Source of the DNA: Amoebidium appalachense
Taxonomy: Eukaryota; Protista; Ichthyosporea
NCBI GenBank assembly: GCA_963693365.1
Contig: CAVNZM010000016.1
Coordinates: 3,003,957 to 3,067,956 of the forward strand
Direction: 5' to 3'
Length of the DNA: 64,000 nt
Position 1 is the stretch's first letter. The number at the start of each line of letters is the position of its first letter. Of this stretch, positions 22,326 to 37,039 are shown piece after piece. The translations under genes and the position numbers were made by a program. The notes under the pieces were generated by a model. That model searched no databases and was not told where the DNA came from. It was given only the letters and a program-made list of their open reading frames with translations.

Positions 22326-24078
22326 ATGCTACTCCGTACACCACTTTTTGACTTTGAGTTTGCGCCGTGCAAGGACAACGTTAACTGCTGCACTGCGCAT
22401 CCAATATTACGTGATAGGACAGATATCACACATCATTTGTGCCGCATACTTATTTCCCTCCAATAGATCCCTCGAATTGCCGATATCCACAACAACGTCG
22501 ACTTCATGCATATGCCGTCATATCTGCGCTATGCCGCGAGGTCAATAAACATGCCCACTGCCTCGATTTCCTCCGTGTCAGTCTACGAGGCTATCCTGAT
22601 AGGACATACACAGCGTACCCTGTGCCAACGTAGCGGTGCGGCCCCAATATACCTACCAGTCCCACAAAGCTATTACCGATACAACAGATGCATGGACCAT
22701 ACCAGGCGTCAAATCAATAAAACTAATATTACCATCTTACCAGTATTTCGTGGATGCCTTTGCATGCTGGATGGGATATCTTTGTGGCTATGTTTCAAAA
22801 GGTTGGGTGCACGTGGTGTTGAACTTGTAGAGCCTCATGCCGTGGATTTGGTTTGGGTGGGGTGTGACAAAACTCAGACTCGTGATAAACGCATATGTAT
22901 ATGGGGCAGGGCCTTTCTTGTGTGTGTGTCCAGGTGCTTGCAGCTGGGCCTGGTGGTTCTTTGCCACACTCTGACTGTGCCCTCAGTCGCCATAGGAAAT
23001 CATCTAATCTCGTTTTCCAGGACAAAAAACACATGTGAGACATGTCCATGGCTGGACAACCCAGCTTCAATGACCTACATGAATACATGTGGGTCATGCC
23101 TCACTGCATGCTGCCTGCCCTACGCACGTGGCAGTTGATAGCCCCATGCACGTAGGGCTATGGTTGAGATGGGCTGTTGTCCTCAAATTAGGTCATTTCG
23201 GCTTCGTATCCTTTGAGAGTGTTCTTAATGACATCTGTAGCCTACGGTTTTTGTTCCGAACTTGGGCTGTCCGCTGATGTCTTCGAAGAACCGATGGAGC
23301 ACAAAAGCCAATTGTGTGAGGAGAGAGTGGTTGCCGTTTAATTGCAAGATCACACGGTCTCCGGAGGCTAACAAATTCTTGAACCTGAAATAATGAAAGA
23401 ATTTGAAAGCAGAAGTAAAAGGTAGTCAGACTTGTCCATGACACCAACCCCCTCCCCTCCCCCCTCTCCTCCGCTCTTCCCCCCCCCCCCCCCCCCCCCC
23501 TCCCCCCCGGCCCCAACCTGGTGCTGAGAGAAGCGGGTGTTCCCCCCGCCCTTCCCGAGCTCTAACCAATCATAGAGGTTGTGGGTCCCCTTACCCTTCC
23601 CCCCCCCCTCCCCCCCCCCCCCCTTACCTACCGTAATGCACGTTAGTGCCCTTTACCTACCCCGCCCCCCTCCCCCCCTCAACCATCTTCTATTCAACCC
23701 CCCCCCCCCCCTCCCCCCCCCTCCCCCAAAAAAAAAAAAAAAAAAAAAAAAACATATGCCGCCCATTTCGTTCTGTTTCCAAGCGTTAACCTACTTGCAC
23801 AAATATCAAACATGAGCAATAAGGCAGACACATACCGAAGCAGCAACGGCAGAAGGGAACAAAACAGCGCAATAAATAAAGCTAGCACCTTTAAAGAAAG
23901 ACAAGGGAAAACAACAAAAGAAAGCCGGATATGGGACGAGAGCAGGTGGTGTGGTGGTGTGGGGGGGGTCTGATTCTTTACCACTGAAAGGGAATGACTC
24001 ATTTTGAAATTTTTCTGTCTCATTTGTATCATCGGAATGGAGTATGTATGTTAGTGTGTATGCGCCGTGTGTTCGCGC

Positions 24079-24142
<64 letters not shown>

Positions 24143-25132
24143 ACGCGCGCGCGCGCGTGTGTGCGTGCGTGCGTGTGACTGTGTGTGTGTGTGTGTGTGT
24201 GTGTGATGTGCTACTTTGTCCCTGTTATTGCCTTTAAGCTATCAAATATGCAAACTGATGACACAGACAGCCCTGGCTGGATGGGTGGTTGCTGAATATA
24301 ATGGGTAAGTGCCTGCAAGCCACCGGTTGGCCGGGAACGTTAGGCAGCATGGTGGGCACATAGAGGCATGGGGGCAGCATGCATGGTGGGAGCATGGCCA
24401 CGTGGGGTCGAATGATTGTACCAGTGCCGTGACGTCCACTCTAGAAACTTCTCCCCAATCCATCTCTCCACCTCCGTCCTGCGCCTTCGTCCTCTCTCCC
24501 CTATAAACGGCCTTGGCCTTCTATCCCCCCCTCCCCCCCCAACAGCTACCCACCCCCACCTCCTTTTCCCAGCTACCCACCAGGCCTTCCTGGCTGGGGC
24601 AGAGAGGCATGCTGCTGCACGTATGGGGCATGGCCGTGCGCGTGCATGGTGGCTGTGCGGCTGCAAGGCCCTCCATGCACGTGCATGCCCAGCAGCACGT
24701 GCCCTACCCATGATCTATGGCCATGCACCCCATGGTGGCCATGCAGGTCTGTGCCAGCCAGCCTGGCTGTGTGGTGGGCATGCAGCTTTGGGCCTCAGGC
24801 TGGCAGTAGTAGGCCAGCAGCATAGGCCACTGGCACTGTGGCTGCACTGCAGGAGGGCATGGGCCAGGGCCATGGGGGGTGGCCGCTGACCACCACCCCA
24901 GCCAGCTTCCTTGGCCTGGGACACACTGCTAGGGGTGGCTGGCTGCATGCCCACTGGGTGGGGGCCCTGGGCATTGTGGCTGGGACAGCGCGTGCAGGTG
25001 TGGAGCCATGCATTGCCAACCTGGTTCTGGCCCCCCTCTGAGCACACCACTCCACATTTGGCTGGATTGTTCCTGTACGGTCTGGGCTGCAGCCATGTTT
25101 GGCTTCCAGGGAAACCACAAGATAAGGGATGA
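22326..25132 (+). CDS. Tentative multi-exon orphan gene, N-terminus weakly BTB/POZ-like
   Basis: Phase-consistent GT-AG splicing gives MLLRTPLFDFEFAP|TDITHHL|SLELP..CRHICAMPR|VYEAILIG..|DAWTIPGVKSIKLILPSYQYFVDAFACWMGYLCG. Further exon-like blocks at 24264-25132 could not be fully joined. Confidence 0.35.
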
Positions 25133-25279
25133 TGGGCAGCCAAAAAGTTGCACTTTGATGCGTCCTGTGCATTTTATAAATGGGCCAATATATTGTCTTT
25201 GGGCTTGTGCTGATCAAAACAGCATATATAGAACATTTGAATTACACGTTGGATAGGTCGGACTGGAGGGTTGCAAGTC

Positions 25280-27168
25280 AGTGACTGCTGTGTCTTCTGA
25301 TGGGTTGCAGGCAGGTGGGCCTCAGGCTGAGGATCAAACTCTCAGGTCCCCGGTAACATTTTGCTTGTATGTGTATACACGTGTTGGGTGCTGGGCAGTG
25401 CAATGATGCTTCTATCTCGGGCTCGGCGGGTAGCTCAGTGGGGGGCAGGTGAATGCCTCCAGCAGAGGGATGTTGCCGGCCAGAGGCTGCTGGGCCAGCT
25501 CGGGGCCCACGTAGCTGCCCCGGCCCCTGATGCCAGGCCACACACCTAAGACTTCTGGGCTCATCCCATCCCCGGCTGCTGACCCACCCTGCATGTGCCG
25601 TTAGTGCCTGCCACAGCCTTCTCACACATGCACGCAGACATGCCATGTCGCCCCGCCACCCCATCTGCACACACCTATCCAGCCCACTTATATTAAACCC
25701 CATTATCTGCCCCCGTGAGGCTGCCCCCTTCTCATGCATCCCTTTTCTTGGGCTCCTCCTCCTCCCCCCCCCCCCCCCCCCCCCCTGGGTTTGGGGCAGG
25801 CACCTTGTGCACACAGTGCTGGTGGTAGCGGAATGCCTGTCTGGCCAGCATGCGTGCTGCTGCATTGCTGCTGGTGGCCTGCTGTCTGGCCTGCATCTGC
25901 TCCCGCACCTGGGCCAGCCGGGCCCCTGCATGGCTGCCAACCTGCTGCATGGTGTCATTCCATGCACATACACTGGGTGCAGGCACCATGCACATGCATC
26001 CACATGCAGTCACTGAAAGACTCAGCCCCCCCCCCCCCCCCCCCCCCCCCCACCACCACCACCACCACCATATATAACAGCCCCCGGCTTTGCACCAACA
26101 AAGTTTCCCGTGTTGATCCATACGAAACACGCACTAGATTTTAACACCCCCCGCGTGCTATATACAACGTCAGACAAGCTTTTCAAGGCCATCCTCAACA
26201 GGGGAACTCCAGGGCAGAGTCTTTTGCAGTATTCAGACAGCATGCACGTGCACATTGAAAACAATGAAAACGACGACGACGACAATACTCGAGTTATAAC
26301 CCTCACAACGATAATACCTATGAAAAGAAAAACAACAGCAACGTCGACAAAAACAAAGGGAACTTGGGCTCAAACATGGTGGTTGCAATAAGATTAGACC
26401 TCTCACGATTTAGCAACCCCCCTGGGTGGTGAAGGGGGGGGGGGGGGGGGGGGGGGAGGGGGGGTGGCCAAGGGCCGGGGGGGGGGGGGGGGGAGGGGGG
26501 GAGGGAAAGTGGCCAGGGGCCGGGGGGGGAGGGGGGAGGGGGACATACGTTGAGCAGTGACTGCATCGGCATGCAGGGCCTACCTGTTGGGCAGCAGGGC
26601 GGGCAGGTGGCTGTGGCTGTGTGTCGTCAGCAGGCTGCTGGGTCTATTCTATGGTCAGTGGCTGCACCTGTACCCTATCCCATGGGTCACCCACCTGCAT
26701 GTGGCGGCGGTCCTGCAGGCGGCGGCACTCAGCCTCCAGGGCAGCAACCCGGGCCTGGGCCTTGGCCAGCTGCTGCCACACCTGCTGTGCCCTGCTCAGC
26801 CCCAGACACTGACCATATGTCCGGCACACACACTTGCACGTGCCATGTACCTTATTGCCCCCATCAGTCTTGTGCTAGCCCCGGGCCTGCCAATGAGCAT
26901 GTGCATGGGCACGGGGTAGCTTTGTGCACGTGCATGGCCCCCGAATTCGAAGTCCATAGAAACCCATTGTGCACTTTGTCTGTCTGTAGACCCACGAGTG
27001 GAATGTAAGCACGTAGACACGTGCGTGTGCATGCACCGCTGTTTTAAATGCATCCATTTGCTGTATGATCATCCGTGCGGTGTTGCATAGGATAGCTCGG
27101 TACATTGTAGGTGCTACTGCATTGGATAAAGAATCTCTATGCTACAGCATTTATTTTTCATGGCAATT

Positions 27169-27204
<36 letters not shown>

Positions 27205-29368
27205 GTATGACCTCGTGTGTGTTTCAGTGTGAATGCCTCAATACAAGAGGGTGCATTGGCCCCGTGACCCCCTCCCCCCCCCCCCCCCCCCTCTCCCCCC
27301 GTCTCCCCCCCCCCCCCCCCCACAATATAAAAAAGAACCCAAAAGACCACCACCTCGCTTCCTCTCTGCAATCAAACACACGTGTGTGTGTGCTATACAC
27401 ATATGTGCTGATGGTGTACGTGTGTGGATGGGCATGCCATGCAATGTGTGTGTATGTGTGAGAATGTGATGCTTGGGTCTGCATCTATTTGTGTGCTGCA
27501 GTGGTGACTGGTGGTGTTGTAACAATGCCGGAAGGAGGAAAAGGCCCTATGTGTACGGTGTGTGCTTGGGGAAAGATATGCCTCTGGTTGCTGTCAGTTA
27601 AGGTCTCTTAAATGACACAATGTTTTGCTGTCTAGTCGTCTATCAAAATCAAACCAGAAAAACTGCAGCCTTGACTGCAGCACCACCAATGAGCACTAAC
27701 TAGAGCAGCAGCCTCATGCTATGTGGCCACACCCGTGCCACTCGTGTGCTTGATCGATGTGCACATCTGGGCCGTCACCACTAGATTGTGCACCCCACCA
27801 GCCACAGGGTTGCTGCCCGAGTCCGACACCGCCGGGCATCTGGCCCACACGTATGGGGAAAGGGTAGGGCACCCACCAGCATGCAAAGCAAGCAGCAGGC
27901 ATTGCAGGGCACCCACCAGAATGGCCGGCCCACCGGCTGGTCCCTCGTGCTGCTCGTCTGCTGGGCGCTGGCCCTCAGTGTCGGGCTCAAGGACAACCTC
28001 CCGGGCAGACCTCCTGTGTGCACATGCAAAGATGGTCAGTGTGGCCTGCCTTGATTTTTGTGGTATTGGATACAGACGATATGATAATGAGACTGCTACG
28101 ACGACTCATGGCTCAACCAGGGCCATAACAGCTGTCCATCCACACATGCATAGCATGAGCCTTTAGTGGCAAGCACCGGCTCTGCTAGCATTTTTAAACT
28201 ATCTTGAGTGGCTTCAGTTTGGATGTAGAAAATAATCCTTTCGAAATCCTGGTCTAGGCTGTATAGTGCATCCAAAGCACTATCATGATCAACACTCAAG
28301 ACAATGCATAGAACAGTGCAGTAATTTAAAAACAGCAATGCCTGCAAGCTGCGCACGTGCCTGCTTATCGTTAACTTTCTGGTTCGAGTGCTGCTGAAAA
28401 GACAGAGGGATAATGTGCACTGTGAAGGATTGGCACACCGAATAACAGTGGCAGAAGTGCCCAGCAAATACGAATTCACAAGGGGTTTGCGTTTGGCGAG
28501 CTGGAGGGCAGCACACATCAACGGTTAAATTACTTGTGCGGTTTTTGGGTATTTCTCCACACTTACTCCTCCATTTCTGCCGGTTGGTTTTTAGCCATCG
28601 ATGCCTGGACTATGCTGGCGGGGTTTTAAGACTGAGCCGGCTTTCTCACGCGTCAAATATTCACCCACTAGTAGTAATCAGAACTGCGCTCTCCACATAA
28701 TAAAAAGCACTTGAAATGAAAAGTCAGCTCATAATAAGATGATATTAGCAGGGTGTGTCTGTTGCTGATCTGTGCTCATGTATAGTGATATTGATAGGCG
28801 TAGCGGTGTGGGTTAGATATTATACAAGCCGGAGAGACCTACACGGGCACAGCACGTGTGCGCCTGTGTCATGTGTGCCTGCCTGTGTGTGTTAAATAGT
28901 CTGGACCAGTGCATGTGTCTTGCTCTGTGCCGTGCCCACTGCACATGCCTCTGTGCTGGCCTTCTGCCCCATGCAGCCTTTGCGCCGTGGCTGCCGCCCA
29001 CATAGTCCATACGCCATAGGCCATGCCGGCCCCAGGCCATACCATGGCGACATCGTGCAGAAACCAGACCTCGAGCCACACCCGTTGATCATCAACCGGT
29101 GCCGCAACCAGGGTGGGGCTAGTGGGGCTGCTACCCAACGGCTCGGTGCTTCTAATAACTACATATGGCTAAGTTGTGTCTTGTTGTATTGGCCATCGTA
29201 ATGATCGAATATGATTCGATCGGAACGCATCATACGTAATCTTGAGGTTTGTAGGCCTGGCGCCGGCCATCTACAGTAGAGCCGCCCGCACACTCGCGAA
29301 TTCGCGGGGGCGGCGGCAGCATATACTACTAGGCAGCGGCACGCCCTGCCGGGCTTTGCCTCACTCAT
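25280..29368 (-). CDS. Tentative multi-exon gene of unknown function with a coiled-coil segment
   Basis: Exon-like blocks DDQRVWLEVWFLHDVAM; DSALDALYSLDQDFERIIFYIQTE; EVVLEPDTEGQRPADEQHE; MYRAILCNTARMIIQQMDAFKTA; VWQQLAKAQARVAALEAECRRLQDRR; RLAQVREQMQARQQ, mostly bounded by GT/AG. Ends uncertain. Confidence 0.45.
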
Positions 29369-29456
29369 GGAGAAGCGGAGGCGGGGGGCTTGAGTGGAAA
29401 AGGGTTGAGTGCGAGTCTATGAGAGGGAGGAGGAGCATGCCCCCCCCCCCCTTCTT

Positions 29457-29487
<31 letters not shown>

Positions 29488-29658
29488 GGGGACGTGCCAC
29501 ACACACACACATACACGCACACACACACACACACACACACTGTACACCGTGACACACACACCGTGCCGCGGCACACACACGTGCACACACACACACGCAC
29601 ACACACACACACACGCACACACGGTCACACACACAGTGTCACAGTCACACACACACAG

Positions 29659-29700
<42 letters not shown>

Positions 29701-30143
29701 TGTCATGCTCAAACCAATAGTTCTGCCCCGTTCCAACGCACTCACTCACCGGAGGCGGCCGCGAGGGCCGGCTGGAACTGCAACTACAGATTTTTGCCAG
29801 CTGGCTTCTTCCAGAAGCATCCAGAATCATGCGGTATTCCAGAATCAATTCTCAGTCTGCCAGACAGACTGAGACAGTGGCCCAAGCCGCGCGCACACAC
29901 ACACAACGTGCGCGCGCAAGTACACGAAACACGATCTCCATATTAGGCTAACATCAATCATACAACCCATATTAGGCTAATATGCCTTCACCAATAGTTC
30001 TGCCCCGTTCCAACGCACTCACTCACTCACTCACTCACCAAGGCCTCCTAAATAGGAGGCCTTGTCACTCACTCACGGAATTCGCGGCTTGCCGGACTCC
30101 AATACTGAGATGTTGAAGCTTCGCTGCCTCCGCTTCTCCATGA
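29365..30143. mobile_element. Composite non-coding element with 18-bp inverted ends, internal direct repeats, hairpin and (ACTC)n; Helentron/HINE-like
   Basis: TCATGGAGAAGCGGAGGC (29365) and GCCTCCGCTTCTCCATGA (30126); ACCAATAGTTCTGCCCCGTTCCAACGCACTCACTCAC at 29713 and 29990; hairpin CAAGGCCTCCTA-AA-TAGGAGGCCTTG at ~30039-30064. Confidence 0.5.
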
Positions 30144-30242
30144 TGCAGCACAAGCATGTGCCGCTGTATGTGCCACGCCGATGGTGGGCCTGAAACCATA
30201 CTGTCAATACTATGGTGTTTGAAAGGTACACGTAAATTGCCC

Positions 30243-30990
<748 letters not shown>

Positions 30991-32679
30991 ACGTGCGAGC
31001 CCACTAGCATGTTTTTATCCTGCACATACCGTGTTTGAAAAGTGCACACAATAGCATTCTATATCGTGTTCATGATACCCGATTGCAAGCACACCAGCCT
31101 TCAAATGATGTGCACATACTCGGACACGGCCCCACACTCAACTTAGCGCCTCCATCATAGATGTCGCATCACTGGAGTGACAGACGCCTATAGCCTTTAT
31201 GTAACTCACACATCATTGGAAGAGCGCCTGCGCACACTAGCACTAATGAGCTAAAAAAATACTGTATACCGGAAAACAGCAAGAACACACAAGCTAGCGC
31301 TGGCACAAGCACATGCACACGTACGCCTACAAAGGTAAGAGTTCCACCCAGCACTCATGGTATGCGTATTATCCGATAAGCTAACCCCGCCCTAGGCCTG
31401 GCTAGGGTGGTACGTACAGGTGGGCAGCTGCTGAACACCTCAGTAACAAGCGTCAGGCGCACTGGTACATCGCTGTCCCAAACAGAAACTCAACTCAGCT
31501 CTAGTCACTTTGAGTGACTGTCTCCCTGCGGCCCGGCTCAACATACCTTGTATGTTGCCGCCGCGTAGTAGGGCCCGGCCACTTACGTAAGCCAGCGGGT
31601 ACAAAGCCTTGAAGACTAGCTCAGCTCTTGGTATTTGCACACGAGCGCATGGTTCAAGCACACACCACACTACAGCCAGACACACACGACACTGCAAGCA
31701 GCCCCGTCCACGCACACCTGCCGTGGCAAAACACAAATACACATGCGCCCACACCCATGCACTGTGGAACACCGTAGCGGTTGCACCGTAAGAGTTGCAC
31801 ACGTGCAAACTGCAGCAGCTGGGGGACAAGCTTCCATGTGTGCATACTTCACCACAGGTGGGCAGCTGCAAGCACATACCCAGCACAACTGTGGGCACAA
31901 GCACAGACACACATGCTCGTGCAAGAACTGTGGCATGGGTATGATATGTGAATGATATGCACAGCAGCATAACAGTGACTATTAAGAGGATGCACGTCAC
32001 ATCTTGCTCCATGCACTCGCCGGCGTACACAAACACATGTGCGTGCTTTCGTGAACATACGTGTATACCTGGAAAAAAAATCTCCTTTGCTCTCACCCAT
32101 GAAGACACATACACATGTGCGTGCTTTCGTGAACATACGTGTATACCCGAACAGTCCACGTGCAGAAAATACTTCAAGAAGTCACAACCTGGGGAATCAT
32201 GGATACTGCTGATTCTGCTGCACCTGCCGTGCCCTGTCGTATGTGTAGTCCACAGGCAGGATGTGACCTACCCTGCAAACCTGTGCAGTAGCTCACTACT
32301 GCCAAACCCAAACCCTGGAGCCGCCCTGCACAATTACACATTCGAGGCCGCACCACACTCAAGCCCACCCGGCAAAGCCAGAGACCAACTCCCTGGCAAG
32401 ACCACAGGCAGGCAGGCACAGCCACCCGGTGTGTGCCTGCCAGTGCCTGTGTCCACACACATCGAGTGCCCGGCAGGCCACCACCAACAGCACTTATGGC
32501 ACTGAAACCACCCACTATCTGTAACCATTCACGCCCTGTGCCCAGGTGGGTCACAGTGCTTTTATTGCGCGCACCAGTGCGCACACGGCTTTATAGGAGG
32601 GAGGACAAGGTCGGTGTGCCTGCAGTCATTCATTCATTCGGGTCTGCACATTCATTCCATACGCTACCCTACAGCCACA

Positions 32680-33873
32680 CTATTGCTGCTTCTGCCCCAC
32701 GTGCACGACCACGGCACATATGTCGTCAAGCTTGCCGCCTATTACGCGGTAGCCGTGTGCTTGCGCACTCTTTGCAAATGGCGACAGGCGTGCTTTGTCC
32801 GCAGCCAGCTGGGCTGCCCTGTCCACCAGCTGGCTGGCCGCTGCCTGCACATCAAACTCGGCGTCTTTGGGCTTTAGTTCTGCTTCGATGTCGCTGTCAT
32901 ACATATTGTCAAATAGCCCGTCCGTGCCCACAAGTAGCACGTCCCCTTCCTCCACTACAAACCGCACGTTGTCAGCATCCCGCGGGTGGTCAACTATTGC
33001 GCCGTGGCGCATATGGGGGGGGATGACGGCCAGCTGGTAGGGTGCGTTGAAGAAGTGCTGCTGCTCCTTGGTGTGGTAAACCACCCGGCCGGCCCTTAGC
33101 AGCAGCAGCCCCGAGTCGCCCAGGTTGCTGCAGTGCACGACCCCCGTGGCCTTGTCGACCATGGCCACGCAGGCCGTGCTGCTGCCGGCCACCACGCGGC
33201 CCTCTGCCAGCACGTGCTCGTAGGCCTTGGCCAGCAGCTCGTTGGGCAGCTGACCCTTGGGGCCGCTCAGCGCCAGCTCCCTTGCCTTCGTCATCAGCGC
33301 CCACGCAAACTCCGCAGGGTCCACGCCCAGCTCCTGCCACCCTCCCACCCCGTCGGCCACGCCCACGTACACGTGCGTGGCCGTCTCGGCCACAAAGTAG
33401 GCGTCCTCACCGCAGTCTGTGTGTGCGGGCACGACCGATTGTGCTGCCGGGGCCACCTTCACCGGCCGTGCGTGCCGTGGCTTGCTCTTGCAGGAGGACG
33501 CGCAGCGGCACAGAAACCCCTTCGGTACTTCCACAGCCACAGGTTCCTAAGGTAGCCCGTTAGCAACAATATAAAAAAAATCCCCTCCCCCCCCCCCCCC
33601 CCCCCCCCCTCCCTCCCCTCCCCCCCAAACCCTTCTAATTCTCGTGCAGCTACCCACCTCGTGCAAGTTGCTTCGCGGGCCCCAGGCCCTGTCGCACAGC
33701 GCCTGGCGCGGTGCAAACTGCAGGGCCAGCAGCGTGCACTGCGCCAGCACAGTCGCAAACAGCCATGGCGACCCCCCGCCGGCCCTCTGCCGCTGCTGCT
33801 GCGTGTGCACCAACCGCAGGCCCTGCCGCAGCGCGCGCATCCGGCCCAGTTTGCTGGCTGCAACACCCAGCAT
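32680..33873 (-). CDS. PTC7: PTC7-type PP2C protein phosphatase, 2 exons, probable mitochondrial presequence
   Basis: GEDAYF, GVADGVGGW, GSSTAC, NLGDSG, QQHFFNAPYQL, GTDGLFDN, SPFA, GGKLDDI motifs; intron 33547-33657; Arg/Leu-rich N-terminus. Confidence 0.95.
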
Positions 33874-35403
33874 GGTAACTCTGTGTGGAGGAAAATGGTA
33901 GAGAGAGCCGCAGCACGGTATTTAAAGGAGGAAGAAAGAAGGACAAAACTACCGGCTAAAAGCAGTGGGAATGGCCTGGCAATCAAACGGGGAAATCTAC
34001 TAGGTTATTTTAAAATATGAGAAAATGGGGGGTTTGATAGTCAAAACCCCCCCAAAAATGGATAATTGAAAGCCTCTTTCCGTTGTTCCTTAAGATGCTT
34101 GCGGCTCCCGGACCCGCGTGACCGGCCCAGGCCTGTTCGATTTCACCGAATCGGACCGGCCGGAGCCTCGGGGCATCAGTCGCACTGTCACAGCCGAGGT
34201 GGATGGATATTGTATTATGTGAACCATTTAGCTAACAACCAAAGCCTCTTTTACTAGTTATTAATAGTTATATCTTATATTTGGGATGCCCACAATTATT
34301 TTTGAGGTCTATTTGGTAGGTCCGTGCATTTGCAAGGCCAACAAAAGCCCCACAGTCCGCAAGTCTCACGGGTCAATTTTATTGATTGACTCGGCTCGTT
34401 AAAGATGGCGGCACACTAGCCAATTAAATAGCGCGTTGTACGTGCAAGTTTAGTTGAGTAGACTTCATTGACTGACCCCCCAAAAATACAAGCTTTCTAA
34501 ACTTAAGTTGGATACATCCGATACAATTATTATTAAGTTATCTTAGATTTCAACAGGATCATTACAGTCTAATTTAACTAACAAATGCAAAATAGAAAAA
34601 CAGTTATTTACTTGAAAACGTGCAAGATTTATAAAGGAAGTTCGGAGGAACTGCCTAAAGTCTGAAAATTTTCAGATTCTTCCATTCAAAGCCCCCAGCC
34701 ATCTAGGTGTAGGGGAACAAGTGGCTCACGGCTATCTGCTTTTTTTTTAGACCGTCCCGCGCACATTAGCACCAGTTGTAGATGGCCGTGCACCTGGGGT
34801 CACTTCGAAGCTTCAGTCAGGTCTGTGTCGGTCAATTGAGAGTCAGAGCTTGCTTGTAGACTTTTTTTTGTAGACTTCTCCTGTTGTGTAGCACTATTTG
34901 CGTTTTCAGCGGATTTAAATGTACAATATTTGAGGAAACGGTGGTGGTTTTCAACCCGTTTCACAGCCTGGTAGCTTGCGGCACCTCTCGGTTAGTATCG
35001 CCACGGTATTGCTATTCGCTTTCCCGCTCACCTAAAGCGGGGTTCATCTGCCCCACACTAATATTATTATTATATGTGAAAACACGGTAGGCCTTTTAGT
35101 GGTCTGCTAGCTACCACCACCAAGACTCGGTTAATTGTTTAAATAGAGCACAGGTATAATAGGTACGCTGTGGCTGTGCCAGAGAGGTTCTCGGGGTACC
35201 CTCGAGCCAAGAAGCTCTTCACACACACCAACACTGTCGGGCTAGTGGACAGGTGGTTGTGAGACTGGGGTGGCCTGAGTAGGCGCTGAGCGGTAGCCAC
35301 TCACGTGCACTGCATGCTTGGCGGGGCTGTACTTTGCTCACTGCGACGCCGACCCGGTGTTTTGGCGTGCTGGGGCGTGCGGGCCCCTAGGCTACACGGC
35401 ATC

Positions 35404-37008
35404 ATGGATCTGTCTGTGGGCATCATAGGCCTGGGCGACATGGGCAGCCTCTACGCCAGCTGCTTTGCAAAGGCCGGGCTCAGGTCAGACTGGGTGGGTG
35501 AAGGGGGCACCCCTCTTGGCCGTGCGCTGACGCTGGCTGCAGGGTGCGTGCCTGCGACCGGCCAGAGGCCTTCGAGGCTATGAAGCTGCGACACAAGGGT
35601 AGGCACCAGGGGGCGCAGGGGGCGGGGGGAGGGGGAGACAGGGGCAGGCGACTGAGAGGGGGCGGACAGATGCTAGGTTTGAGGTGGTGCGGGACGGGTT
35701 TGCGGTGGTACGGCTGAGCGACCTGGTGCTGTTCTCCGTGGAGACGGAAAACATTGATGCCGTGGTGGCCAAGTATGGCCCAGGTGCGTAGAGGAGAGGG
35801 GCGCGAGGTGGAGGAAAGAAGGATGGCTGACCTTGGGGCAGCGGTCAAACCAGGGGCGGTGGTGGGGGCACAGACGAGTGTGAAGGGGCCCGAGATAGCG
35901 GCGTTTGAGAAGCACCTGCCTGAGGATGCACACATCGTCACCTGCCACTCCCTGCACGGCCCTGCCATCAGCCCAAAGGGCCAGATACTGGTGTGTGCTG
36001 CTGGTGGGGGGGAAGGGGGAGGGAGGGGGGGGGGGGGGGGGGGGAGGGGGACTCCGATGGGGAGGGGAGGGGGGGAGGGGGGAAGGAGAGGTAGCAGTCG
36101 CGACTGAGTGGTGTGCAGGTGGTCATACGGCACCGGTGCCCCTCAGAGCTGTACACAAAGGTGCTGTGCACGTACGGGCTGCTGGGGGCCAAGGTGGTGG
36201 AGATGAGCTGGGAGGAGCACGACAAGGTCACGGCAGACACACAGGTGGCCACACACCTGGGGTGCGTACGTCCACGCAGGCACACACACACAGGCACACA
36301 CACACATGGGCACAGGCACACACACAGCCACAGGCACGCACACACATGGGCACAGGCACACACGCAGCCACAGGCACACACGCGTACAGACACACACACA
36401 CACACAGGCACACACACAGGCACACAGGCACAAACATACAGGCGCACACACACACAGGCACACACACACACAGGTACACATAGACACTTGCATACCCACA
36501 CATGTAGGCACACACACATGCACACACAGCCACAGGCACACACACACATATAGGTACACACACACACAGGCACACACAGCTACACACACATATAGTCACA
36601 CACACAGGCCCACACAGCCACACACACGTATGGGCACACACACACAGGCATACACAGCCACAGGCACACACACACACACACAGGCACACACACAGGCACA
36701 CACGCACATGTACACACACACAGGCACACACAGCCACGCACACATTTAGGCAGCCAAACACAGCCACACACACGCATGGGCACACACAAACAACCACACA
36801 CAGCCACAGGCACACACACACATATAGGCACACACACACACAGGCGCACGGAGCCACGCATACATAGGCACACAAACACAGGCGCACACAGCCACAGGCA
36901 CACACACACAGGCACACACAGCCACACACACATAAACACACACATATAGGCACATACAGAGGCACACACAGCCACAGGCACACACACACACACATCGGCA
37001 GACATAGG

Positions 37009-37039
<31 letters not shown>

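Noticed and set aside
31169-32600. ORFs of 185-245 aa downstream of PTC7
   Set aside because: Largely CA/TG-rich repeats with no coherent exon chain or motif.
33547-33657. In-frame (111-nt) PTC7 intron as a parallel to yeast PTC7 intron retention
   Set aside because: Retention ends at the acceptor TAG in frame and adds poly-Gly, not a transmembrane helix; the length depends on homopolymer accuracy.
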